25,341 nucleotides of DNA from Octopus sinensis (GCF_006345805.1 NW_021836083.1:1-25341); one strand, 5' to 3'. Shown: positions 1 to 9,187, counted from the first letter of the stretch. Translations and numbers: made by a program. Notes: generated from the letters alone by a model not told the origin.

Positions 1-149
1 GCCGAGCCAGCGTGACGGAGCTGGCTCATCAAACCAGTATGATCTCAACCTAGAATTCCCGGTCTCCACATTGTACGGTGATTGGGTGAGGGAATCTACT
101 GAGCCTTCGTCCTGCAATGAATTGAAGATGGGCAATCAAAAAATCTATC

Positions 150-152
<3 letters not shown>
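1..152. repeat. Probable 3' end of a retroelement cut by the window edge, ending in ATCT/CT repeats
   Basis: Complex sequence with an 8-bp hairpin (GAGCCAGC/GCTGGCTC, 4-27) that runs into CAAAAAATCTATCTAATCTCTC, like a microsatellite tail. No ORF. Family not recognised. Confidence 0.25.
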
Positions 153-246
<94 letters not shown>

Positions 247-280
247 TATATATATATATGTATGTATGTATGTAATATGT
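153..280. repeat. Compound microsatellite (TC)n-(TA)n-(ATGT)n
   Basis: Seen directly. Confidence 0.95.
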
Positions 281-320
281 ATGTGGTGACCTGATACATA
301 CATACGCGAAGGCGGCAAGA

Positions 321-447
321 GGCTCGCTTCCAAACACATGGTTCTGGGTTCAGTGGCATTGCGTGACACATTGGGTAAGTGTCTTCTACTATAGCCTCGG
401 GTCGATGAGTGGATTTGGTTGACGGAAACTAAAAGAAGCCCGTCGTA
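321..447 (+). mobile_element. SINE family A (tRNA-derived, CORE-like), 5' half
   Basis: GCTTCCAAACACATGGTTC...GGGTAAGTGTCTTCTACTATAGCCTCGGG...GGATTTGG.GACGGAAACT.AAAGAAGCCCGTCG matches the copies at 1341, 18672, 22497 and 23612. Lacks CCAAAGCCTTG. Confidence 0.85.
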
Positions 448-449
448 TT

Positions 450-528
450 AATGTATGTATACATATGTCTGTGTCTATGTGTTTATGTGCGTGTGTATGA
501 ATAAATATACGTATATGCATATACATAT

Positions 529-559
<31 letters not shown>

Positions 560-750
560 GCATACATATATTATATATATGTATATATATATGTACATAT
601 ATAAATGTATACACGATTGAAACACAAACTCCACTCACATATTCAGACGCTTATATATCTTTGTGTTTGTGTGTGTGTGTATGTGTGTATGTATAAAAAC
701 GCACACACATACGCACACAGGCACGCACGTACACACACACACACACACAC

Positions 751-801
<51 letters not shown>

Positions 802-820
802 CACGCATATATGTATATAT
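450..820. repeat. (TA)n/(CA)n/(TATG)n low-complexity tract
   Basis: Seen directly. Confidence 0.9.
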
Positions 821-821
821 G

Positions 822-964
822 GACATCTCGTGGGGACTGTTGGAATAATCGTTACTCAGTACCACGGTAGAGATAATATTTTTTTATTTTGGTCGAGCCA
901 AACACTTGTCCCTCTGGAGAGGCACCTGTGTGTTCACAGGAACAACACATACACAAACACAAAC

Positions 965-1001
<37 letters not shown>

Positions 1002-1165
1002 GACATGTTTACATACATATATGTTTCTCTCTATGGGGCGGGGATCTCCTGTGAACACATAGGAGACGCTCCATAGCAACAAGAGACTGGCTCGACCAAA
1101 ATATAAATATTCATCTCTACCGTGGTATTGAGTAACGATTATTCCAAAAGTCCCCACTAGATGTC
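822..1165. mobile_element. Foldback/MITE-like element with ~120-bp inverted arms (822-941 and 1047-1165), in (TA)n
   Basis: Left arm GACATCTCGTGGGGACTGTTGGAATAATCGTTACTC... is the reverse complement of the right arm ...GAGTAACGATTATTCCAAAAGTCCCCACTAGATGTC. About 85% identity by eye. TA repeats on both outer sides. Confidence 0.75.
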
Positions 1166-1340
1166 TATATATATATACACATATGCGTATGTCTACACGT
1201 GCGTATTTATCTGCAAACATAAAACTATATTGCCTTTATATGTATATATATGTATATGTTTCTATATGTATACATACATATATACATATGTGTGTGTGTG
1301 TGTGTATTGTATGTATGAATGTATAAATATATGTATGTGT

Positions 1341-1481
1341 GTGGTTTGGCTTCCCAACCACATGGTTCCGGATTCAGTCTCACTGTTTGATACTTTGGAC
1401 AAGTGACTTCTACTATATTCTCCGGTCGACCAAAGCCTTGTAAGTGGATTTGGTAGACGGAAACTGAAAGAAACACGTCGT
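1341..1481 (+). mobile_element. SINE family A, 5' half
   Basis: GGCTTCCCAACCACATGGTTCCGGATTCAGTC...GACCAAAGCCTTGTAAGTGGATTTGGTAGACGGAAACTGAAAG. Confidence 0.85.
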
Positions 1482-1605
1482 GTATATATATATATATATA
1501 TACATATATATATAAAAGTCTGGCTATATGACTATTTCATTCTTGTATGAATTTATGCATGTACATGTATACTCACAGAAACTTACACTAGATACAAACA
1601 TATTA

Positions 1606-1647
<42 letters not shown>

Positions 1648-1782
1648 TTTACATACATTTACATATACATATAAGCATTCATTTTTATACGTAAGAATGT
1701 ATATATATCTATGTGTATATTATGTATATATATATTTATTTATAAGCGTATGTAGGTATATATATATATATATATATATACG

Positions 1783-1943
1783 CATTGAGTCGAACCAGGG
1801 GCAGCTGATGAAGGGGAATTTTCCTTGTATTGTTTGTCCTGTACTCTGTTTTTTCGTTGTTAAAAAAATGTCCGTTTCCTTGTTTGATTTTATGTTTTCG
1901 TTTCTCGTTGTGTTCTACGTTTATTTGTGGTGTCCTGTACTCA
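1783..1943 (+). mobile_element. (TA)n-flanked short repeat, possibly a Penelope-like terminus
   Basis: Contains CTGATGAAGG followed by a T-rich 3' part, with (TA)n on both sides. Same layout as 3525-3660. Confidence 0.4.
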
Positions 1944-2299
1944 TATATATATATATATATATATATTCTTGTATATATACATATAGATGTAAGTATGTAC
2001 ATATATGTATGTATATATGCATATATTTTATTTATTTATTATATTGTTATTATATATATATATATATATATCTTTGTATCGAAGTGTGAGTTTGTGTGTG
2101 TTTGTGTGCATGTGAAAGTATACATCTGCATGTTTAAATACATACAAGAATGAAAATGAAACAAAGTCACATAGATGCTTATATCCATATCATGCATTTA
2201 AGCATTCAAACTTGAGAAAAATATTTAATACGGATTGTAGAGATAATTTTTTTTCATCAAAATGTCTGATTTTAATACATTATTAGACAAATACATATA

Positions 2300-2389
2300 A
2301 TGTATACCATTAAACTATTAATAACCATATACTCTCACACATGCATACATACACATATGTATATACATATATTTATGCATATATACACT

Positions 2390-2461
<72 letters not shown>

Positions 2462-2678
2462 TATGCATACATACACACACTCGCATATATATATATAATA
2501 TATATATATATATAATATATATATAAGCATATATAGCAATTTATATACCCACGCTTATAAATATTATGTGTGTCTCTATGTATTTATTTGTATATATTCA
2601 TTTCTATGCAAAAATTCAATTATGTATACATGTATATATGTATATGTATGCACACAAACACTCGCAAGCGTACACACA

Positions 2679-2722
<44 letters not shown>

Positions 2723-2760
2723 CTTACACTGACACACACCCAAACAAACAAACGCGCGTA
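2300..2760. repeat. (TA)n/(CA)n compound microsatellite region
   Basis: Seen directly. Confidence 0.9.
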
Positions 2761-2924
2761 CACATCTTCTACACGGATACCAATCGCATATGGAATTGAA
2801 ACATTCCAGAATTGATAATATTCTTCACTTTCTTCCCCCACCCTGTTTTCGTTAATTTAAAAAATAGTTCCTATTAACAGTTTTTTATATATAAATATTT
2901 TTCAAATTTCGTCAGAGAACCGCA

Positions 2925-3050
2925 CAGCATGGCTGTTTGGTTCAGAGGCCGTCTTAATAGCGACGTAGTTTCGTGTTTGACTTCAGCTGCGTGTCATTGC
3001 AGCACGTGATTTCTACAATATACTCGGCCTTTATTAAAGCTTTGTGGGCA
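2925..3050 (+). mobile_element. Highly diverged SINE family A 5' half
   Basis: ATGGCTGTTTGG...TTCTACAATATACTCGGCC...AAAGCTTTGTGGG aligns loosely to the family A copies. Confidence 0.5.
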
Positions 3051-3074
3051 GTAATTAGTGTGCGTGTGCACGTA

Positions 3075-3090
3075 TAGATAGATAGATAGG

Positions 3091-3158
<68 letters not shown>

Positions 3159-3164
3159 TAGACA
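3075..3164. repeat. (GATA)n/(GACA)n microsatellite
   Basis: Seen directly. Confidence 0.95.
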
Positions 3165-3230
3165 TACAAACATACTTATATGTATATATTATATAATTAT
3201 ATATTTGTATATATGAGAGCATGTTTTATG

Positions 3231-3268
<38 letters not shown>

Positions 3269-3524
3269 TGTGTGTGTGTGTGTGTGTGTACAAATATGTG
3301 TGTATAGATATATATGTGCATAGATATATAAAGGTGTAAGTGAAAGAATAAAAGAATATATATATATTCTTTTATTCATATATTGGTTTCAAGTGGAAAC
3401 ATCAGAATTATCAAGCGCACCACTTAAAAATGCTACCAATCCGTCTCCATTTTGGACAAGACTACGTGACATCACACGCACTTACGCACACACACACATA
3501 CACACATCTATGTGTGTGTATACA

Positions 3525-3660
3525 TATGTGTCCCTTTCTGTAGAAGAGCGTAGACTCGAAATGTAAAATACTTTTTCTATTCCTGAGCGTTATACTAATA
3601 TACCTGTTTGTTTTGTACACCAGTTGTCTTCGTCTTTTGTTTTTTTTTCGTAAACTCTCC
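3525..3660 (+). mobile_element. Penelope-like terminal repeat fragment with hammerhead-like motif, ending in (TA)n
   Basis: CTGTAGAAGAGCGTAGACTCGAAATGTA followed by a T-rich tail ...TTTTTCGTAAACTCTCCC and then (TA)n. Confidence 0.5.
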
Positions 3661-3669
3661 CTATATATA

Positions 3670-3725
<56 letters not shown>

Positions 3726-4177
3726 TATGTTGTAATCAGAATCACATTCTGTTTATAGAGCAAATCTTTTTTTTGAAACCAATAACAGATTAAAAGTAAT
3801 AAAAACCCTCCATAACTCAAGAAATTGCATATATACTTTTTGATTCGTTGCACTATTGAAGACTTTGTCGTGGGATTTTTTAAATCATATTACTAGCTCG
3901 TCACAGAACTGCAACTGGTGGTGCGCTTGAGATTGTTATCCGATGACCTCTTCCTTGCTTTGGTCAATGAAATACTCATCGTCTCACACTTTGATCAATT
4001 TTTTTATTCGAGGACGTATAGTAAGTTCCGCGACGTTCAGAGTAGACATCCTACAATTGGCTCGTACTTATAGCAGCAGAGTTTTATGCCATTCTCTACC
4101 TGTCTGGTCGCATTCATTTCTGACATTACAACTCACACACACTCACAAATGTATGCACACACACACACATATATACG

Positions 4178-4238
4178 TACATACATACATGCATGCATAC
4201 ATACATACATACATACATACATACATACATACATACAT
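4178..4238. repeat. (ATAC)n microsatellite
   Basis: Seen directly. Confidence 0.95.
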
Positions 4239-4294
4239 AAGCAGAAAGAGTAGGGATAGATACAGAAATATCGATATAAATACATATGTATAAG

Positions 4295-4367
<73 letters not shown>
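4295..4367. repeat. (GATA)n microsatellite, left flank of the 4368-4690 element
   Basis: Seen directly. Confidence 0.95.
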
Positions 4368-4368
<1 letters not shown>

Positions 4369-4690
4369 TGTTTCTTTATTAGCCACGCAGACGGGACAGA
4401 TTACAAAGTACAGCTTTTCTTTTGGGGGAGAAAAGAAAAGAAAGAAAAACTGTGGGGTAGGTTTACTATCAAAAGGCATCGTAAAAGGGAAAGAAAAGAA
4501 AAGAAAAAGAAAAAGGAGAGAAAGAAAAACAGAATGAAAAAGAAAAAAATCGATCAATAGGAATCGTGTATCACAGAAATGTCATGATGTAAAGTGTAAA
4601 GGGGGAAGCAGATAAGGTTTATCCGTGGAAAGAAAAGCCTACGGAAAAGACCACGGTAACCTCGGTCAATATTGTTACATGTTACCACAC
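4368..4690 (-). mobile_element. 3' UTR of a probable L1/Tx1-like LINE embedded in (GATA)n
   Basis: The minus strand ends ...GTGGCTAATAAAGAAACATATCTATCTATC, sharing GTGGCTAATAAA with the Tx1-like element at 7031. T-rich 3' UTR composition. No ORF remnant. Confidence 0.55.
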
Positions 4691-4702
4691 AGACAGACAG
4701 AC

Positions 4703-4762
<60 letters not shown>

Positions 4763-4776
4763 GATAGATAGATAGA

Positions 4777-4777
<1 letters not shown>
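4691..4777. repeat. (GACA)n/(GATA)n microsatellite, right flank of the 4368-4690 element
   Basis: Seen directly. Confidence 0.95.
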
Positions 4778-4818
<41 letters not shown>

Positions 4819-4821
4819 TAT

Positions 4822-4920
4822 GTGACGAACTTTTGAACAGTTTCTGTCAACGAAATTCTACTCACAAGGATGCAACTTGGAATCACGCGGTTACAAAGTC
4901 AACTTCTCAACCGTACCACC
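4822..4920 (-). mobile_element. Diverged SINE family A 5' half with internal deletion
   Basis: CAGTTTCTGTCAACGAAATTCTACTCACAAGG is joined to ...GGAATCACGCGGTT...CTTCTCAACC. Confidence 0.55.
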
Positions 4921-5322
4921 ATACCACCATCCCACCATGCCCATAAGAATCCACAAACCAATACAAAGAAAAGAATTCAGCGTTTGTTTATGTGTGGGTG
5001 CGTATGTGCGTTTATTGCTCCCTTTTCGCTTTTCTTTTTTACCTCCAATTTAAGAAGAGTCTCCCTCTATGCAGAACTTTCGCTCATTATGCAGTCGATG
5101 TTTCTGAACTAATTAAGAAATTAACTTATTTCAGACATATTCTGTCCAGACAAATTGCATAATTTCTTTTACGTTAAAACCCGATAAAATTGAATAACTT
5201 TCCGCTGTTATTTGGCTTCAATGTTGAAATTATTTGGACAGTGTCCAGCTATAAGTTATAAAGGAAATAGATTTGTCTCAATACCAGAATTACGTAAATG
5301 TTTAGAGTTTATCTCCGGCTAT

Positions 5323-5467
5323 GGCGTAGGTATGGCTTTGTTTGTTTGTTGAGAAATTGGATTTGCAGCCAAGTCGTTGCAGGTTCAGTCCCATCATTGC
5401 CAAGCGGGTTTTACTATACCCCCGATCTATTGAGTTTAGTAGGTGGAAACTGTGTGGAAGCCTGTGT
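5323..5467 (+). mobile_element. Diverged SINE family A 5' half
   Basis: GGCGTAGGTATGGC...GGTTCAGTCCCA...TTTACTATA...GGAAACTG..GGAAGCC. Confidence 0.55.
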
Positions 5468-5506
5468 GAGTTAGTTTGCATGTGTCTTTGAACTAAGAAC
5501 GTAAAC

Positions 5507-5661
5507 AGAAAAGAAGAAGAAGAAGAAGAAGAAGAAGAAGAAGAAGAAGAAGAAGAAGAAAAAGAATGAAGAATGAAGAATGAAGAAGAAGAAGAAGAAG
5601 AAGAAGAAGAAGAAGAAGAAGAAGAAGAAGAAGAAGAAGAAGAAGAAGAATGAATGAAGAA
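5507..5661. repeat. (GAA)n microsatellite, ~150 bp
   Basis: Seen directly. It abuts the 3' end of the SINE B copy at 5664. Confidence 0.95.
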
Positions 5662-5663
5662 GG

Positions 5664-5888
5664 TTTTCTACTATAGGCACAAAGCCTGAAATTTGTGGGG
5701 AGGGGGTGAGTTGGTTACAGCGGCCCCAATGCTCAACTGCTAAGAATTTTGTCATACATACATATGTACGTACGTACAAACGTACATACATACATACATA
5801 CATACATACATACATACATACATACATACATACATACATACATACATAAGCAGAGAGAGTATTAGCAATTCTGCCAGCTCACCTCCTT
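5664..5888 (-). mobile_element. SINE family B, internally deleted and interrupted by (ATAC)n
   Basis: TTTCTACTATAGGCACAAAGCCTGAAATTTG...GCTCAACTG|CTAAGAATTTTGTC, then (ATAC)n, then ...TTCTGCCAGCTCACCTCC. Confidence 0.7.
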
Positions 5889-5903
5889 AATAATAATGAT
5901 GAT

Positions 5904-6113
5904 GGCTTCAACTTTTGGCACAAGACCAGCAATATCGCGAGAGTAGGTGTGTCGATTACATCGACCCCAGTACATAACTGGTACTTATTTTATCCGCCCC
6001 GAAAGGATGAAAGGCAAAAGTCGACCTCGCTGGAATTTGAACTCAGAAAGTGAAAACGAACGAAATGCCGCTAAGCAGCTTGCTCCGCGTGTTAACGATT
6101 CTGCCAGCTCGCC
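5904..6113 (-). mobile_element. SINE family B, full length (tRNA head plus Meta/beta-like core)
   Basis: The minus strand starts GGCGAGCTGGCAGAATCGTTA (A-box-like), then GAGTTCAAATTCC (B-box), then GCCTTTCATCCTTTCGGGG..ATAAAATAAGTACCAG. I recall this core resembling the Meta domain. Confidence 0.85.
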
Positions 6114-6126
6114 AATAATAATGAAG

Positions 6127-6335
6127 ATCCTTTGTACTAAAGGCACAAGGCCTGAAATTTGGGGGAGGAGACTAATCGATCACATCGACCCGAGTGTTTC
6201 ATTGGTACTTAATTTATCGATCGCGAAAGGATGAAAGGCAAAGTCGACCTCAGCAAAATTTGAACTCAAAACATAAAGACAGACGGAATAAGCATTTCGC
6301 CCAGCATGCTAACGTTTCTGCCAGCTCACTGCTTT
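6127..6335 (-). mobile_element. SINE family B, full length
   Basis: Same head and core as the 5904 copy, different tail (CCTTTGTACTAAAGGCACAAGGCCTGAAATTT). Confidence 0.85.
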
Positions 6336-6345
6336 AATAATGATG

Positions 6346-6380
<35 letters not shown>

Positions 6381-6932
6381 CCTGATGCAGTACCAGGCAG
6401 TGGCTCTCATGGCTTCTGATCTTAACTGATTGGAAGTGTTATCATGTACATTGTTTTGTCTTGGTATAAAAGATGGGCTATAGCAAATATTCTGCTCAAT
6501 ACCACAGATTTGCTTGTCAGTTGTTTGACCTTAACCAGTTGAGCATGTCCCTTAGTGGCTGACGATATGTGCATCTCTGATCACGAGCAGAAGTAGTGGG
6601 GGAGCATCATAGCCATGTGTTGAGAGGGGTTGTTTGGGGTTTGAATAGTTCACCTCTGGAAACATGGGTGGTTCTTTCAACATCCTTAAACAACCCTTAT
6701 TCAGGGACCGTTTGAGCGGGATGGGCTACTCAACCTGAAGAAAATTCTAACTGGGCCCCACCTGCAAGGTCATGTGCTGTTTATCTTGATATGAGATCAC
6801 TATGTCGCGCACATATGGTTGTGATGCATGTGCCTGGTGTACCTTTATCAGACGGGTAGTCATGATGGGTATATTGGGCTTCGTATATTTTACCCCAGTG
6901 TCACTTTGATGGCATGAACTGCTCTCTCACTC
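6381..6932. mobile_element. 552-bp non-coding interspersed repeat embedded in (AAT)n
   Basis: Complex sequence with sharp boundaries against (AAT)n on both sides (6336-6380 and 6933-6980). No ORF and no TIR seen. Confidence 0.6.
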
Positions 6933-7028
<96 letters not shown>

Positions 7029-7030
7029 AA
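6933..7030. repeat. (AAT)n-(GAT)n compound microsatellite
   Basis: Seen directly. Confidence 0.95.
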
Positions 7031-7558
7031 TTCTTTTATTAGCCACAAGGGCTTACATACAAAACATTAATTAACATTCGGCAACATAAAAGACAAAAAC
7101 AGGTCGATACAATGGGTTTTCGCATGTACACAATATAACAGTTAAAAAATTTTAAACAAAATAAACTCCCAATAGAGGAGGCGCTTTAAGGTCCTCGTAG
7201 AAAAACGCACAAAAGTCATGGGTGCCTGAACAACAGAGCAAGAGCCCTTCTCTTTTTTTTTTTTTTTTTTCACAGGTACATGCTCAGAATTGTTCCTTTC
7301 ACACTGGCCATTCTTCCAGCATTCACCCACCTTTCAACAAACTTGCTACAAGGCAACACTTTTCTCTCCACCCTCAACGTTCTTTTCAAGTGAAACTTGA
7401 AAAAGTTGATGAGGGCTTGGCCAAAGAGGAAAGTATCTGTGCTTTAGCCCTTTCAAACGGGTCCACCATACTACCTTTTTCGCTACAGCCACCAGACAAA
7501 TAAAAATTGCCTGCCCCTCCTGGTCAAAAGAGAGCGGCGGGGAAATCCTCACAGTTTT
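7031..7558 (-). mobile_element. 5'-truncated L1/Tx1-like LINE: ORF2 C-terminus plus 3' UTR
   Basis: With one frameshift the minus strand reads ...AIFICLVAVAKKVVWWTRLKGLK / GQALINFFKFHLKRTLRVERKVLPCSKFVERWVNAGRMASVKGTILSMYL* (stop 7270-7272). This resembles the L1/Tx1 C-terminal AK..IW..R motif. The UTR ends GTGGCTAATAAAAGAA followed by (TTA/ATC)n. Confidence 0.7.
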
Positions 7559-7579
7559 CTTTTATTAAATAATAATAAA

Positions 7580-7789
7580 CCTTTCTACAACAGGCAGAAG
7601 AAATTTTGAGGGTGGGGGCACAAGTCGATTACCTCAACCATAGTACTAGATATGTACTTTATTTTATTGACTCTGAAAGGATAAAAGGCAAAGTTTACCT
7701 TGACGGAATTTGAACTCAGAACGTAAACAGAAAAGAAAACAAGCAGTAAGGCCGCTAAGCATTTTACCAAACATACTAATGATTCTGTC
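7580..7789 (-). mobile_element. SINE family B, diverged
   Basis: CCTTTCTAC...AAAGGATAAAAGGCAAAGT...GGAATTTGAACTCAGAACGTAAA...GCCGCTAAGCATTTT. Confidence 0.8.
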
Positions 7790-7984
7790 ACAAATTTAGG
7801 CAACAGGCCCGCAAATTTTGAAGATATGGGTTAAGACGGTTTTAATCGACTCCATTATAGTTTATTTTGTACTTTATTTTTATCGGCATCTGAACGAAAT
7901 GTTAAACTGACCTTGCTAGAATTTGAACTACCAAGAAAAGTAAAAGACGGTAATTGAATAAATGTCGTTTTATCCGATGCTAAC
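7790..7984 (-). mobile_element. SINE family B, more diverged, tandem to the 7580 copy
   Basis: AATTTAGGCAACAGGCCCGCAAATTTTG...GTACTTTATTTTTATCG...GAATTTGAACT...GATGCTAAC. Confidence 0.65.
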
Positions 7985-8709
7985 TCATCCACAAGACAAT
8001 TACTTTTCCTTAGTAACAAGTCACTCTTTTCTTATCTCATATTTGCCGTCCTTTATACAGCACAGAACACAGTATGATATTAGCATTTCATGTATTCGTG
8101 TGCCAAATTGTCTCTTCTTTTATATGGAGACTGTCTGGATAAAGTTGTTTTCGTATTGGATTCGTTTTGGATGTTGTTGTTGTTGTTGTGTTGTTTAGCC
8201 CTGAGTCTGTCAGAGGGAGTAGCCATTCGAGCTGTGATCATCCGGTCTTTCATTACATTTCTATCTCTTTTATGTTTTCTCTCTTCTTTTCTTTTTTTTT
8301 TCTTTTTTCTTGCAGAATTATATCCAAGGCTAAATTAACCGATATGACCTTTCTCTTTAAAGATGGTATTATTGACTTTAGTGAGATTTGATTGCTATTT
8401 CTAGCTACAATATAGTTTCGTGATCAACCCCACAGTGTGACAATTTAAGCAAGTGTCTTCTCCGATGGATAGACTCGGGTCCATCAAAGTCACTTCTCTT
8501 CACCAAAGTAATTTGGTGAAGAGAAACTCAGTTGATGAGCATCGAAGATCGCCCTCGATTTTCTTTAGTAAACCTAATGTCGGTCCTTGGGCGCCTTTAA
8601 AGGAGCTCTTTCCGTTGCAAGCATTCGGACTAGGTCTCCGCCTACCAATCACAGTGGTCCTTAAAAGTGTCCACAGCGCTGCTCTCTGACTCAGTAGTTA
8701 GTAAATCAC

Positions 8710-8950
8710 TGTCTTGAGTCTTAAGACTCATAGGGCCAGTTACTCGTTTCCATGGCATAAAAGTGACCGAGATCAAAACACTGTCCCTGGACGGGACGCT
8801 AGTCCGTAGAAGGATTACTCATTTACACCCAAACGGTCACAAACTACGTGAACTGAAGGGTTTTATCAAGGACACGACGGTCCGGGAATCGAAACCACAA
8901 TCTTGCGATTTTGCGTACACTACCCTAACCATAAGGCCACGCGCCTTCAC
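8710..8950 (-). mobile_element. SINE family C (tRNA head, V-domain-like body)
   Basis: The minus strand reads GTGAAGGCGCGTGGCCTTATGGTTAGGG...GGTTTCGATTCCCGG (A/B boxes)...GGACTAGCGTCCCGTCCAGGG (V-SINE-like)...GGCCCTATGAGTC. Confidence 0.7.
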
Positions 8951-8980
8951 TTAGCAATAGTTTGTATTTTTGGTGGGGCA

Positions 8981-9187
8981 TTCGTGTTTTAAGCAAAAGA
9001 CCTGCAATTTTGGTGGAAGGGAGCTAGTCAACTACGCCAACACCAGTGCTCATCTGATTAATATTTTATCGACTCCGAAAGGATTAAAAGTATAGTTTAT
9101 CTCGTTATGATTTGAACTCAGAATGCAAACAGCCGGACGAAATGCAGCTAAGCATTTTTATCCGGTGTGCTAACGATTCTGCCAGCT
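8981..9187 (-). mobile_element. SINE family B, diverged
   Basis: TTTTATCGACTCCGAAAGGATTAAAAG...TTTGAACTCAGAA...GCTAACGATTCTGCCAGC. Confidence 0.8.

Noticed and set aside
1-40. Minus-strand TTGATGA-GCCAGC..GCTGGC as a hammerhead
   Set aside because: Stem II is followed by TCGGC rather than GAAA, and the window ends there.
1804-1830. Canonical CTGATGA plus a stem as an intact hammerhead
   Set aside because: No GAAA follows (GTAT instead) and no stem III or cleavage site can be built. Kept only as a possible PLE remnant.
71-3379. Many ORFs of YI/HT/VC/LS repeats (also near 11164-11682, 21187-21688 and 23835-24111)
   Set aside because: They are translations of (TA)n, (CA)n, (ATAC)n and (GATA)n microsatellites, which lack stop codons in some frames.
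3411-3930. 13-bp inverted repeat TCAAGCGCACCAC / GTGGTGCGCTTGA as MITE TIRs
   Set aside because: The similarity trails off gradually and no TSD is visible. More likely two opposed fragments of one repeat family.
3946-3990. CCGATGA...GAAA as a hammerhead
   Set aside because: Five extra nucleotides lie before GAAA, and there is no convincing stem I or stem III.
5471-5839. 122-aa poly-Phe ORF
   Set aside because: It is the (TTC)n strand of the GAA microsatellite.
5904-6113. SINE heads (also 8950, 19088, 20263 and 24000) as tRNA genes
   Set aside because: They have A/B-box-like motifs but no full cloverleaf, and they continue into SINE cores and tails.
6933-7030. CRISPR-like or regularly spaced repeat arrays anywhere in the window
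   Set aside because: There is no constant repeat with unique equal-length spacers. The recurring motifs are dispersed SINEs and microsatellites in eukaryotic DNA.
8715-8730. 16-bp palindrome TGAGTCTTAAGACTCA
   Set aside because: It lies in the SINE C 3' end and has no independent evidence of function.
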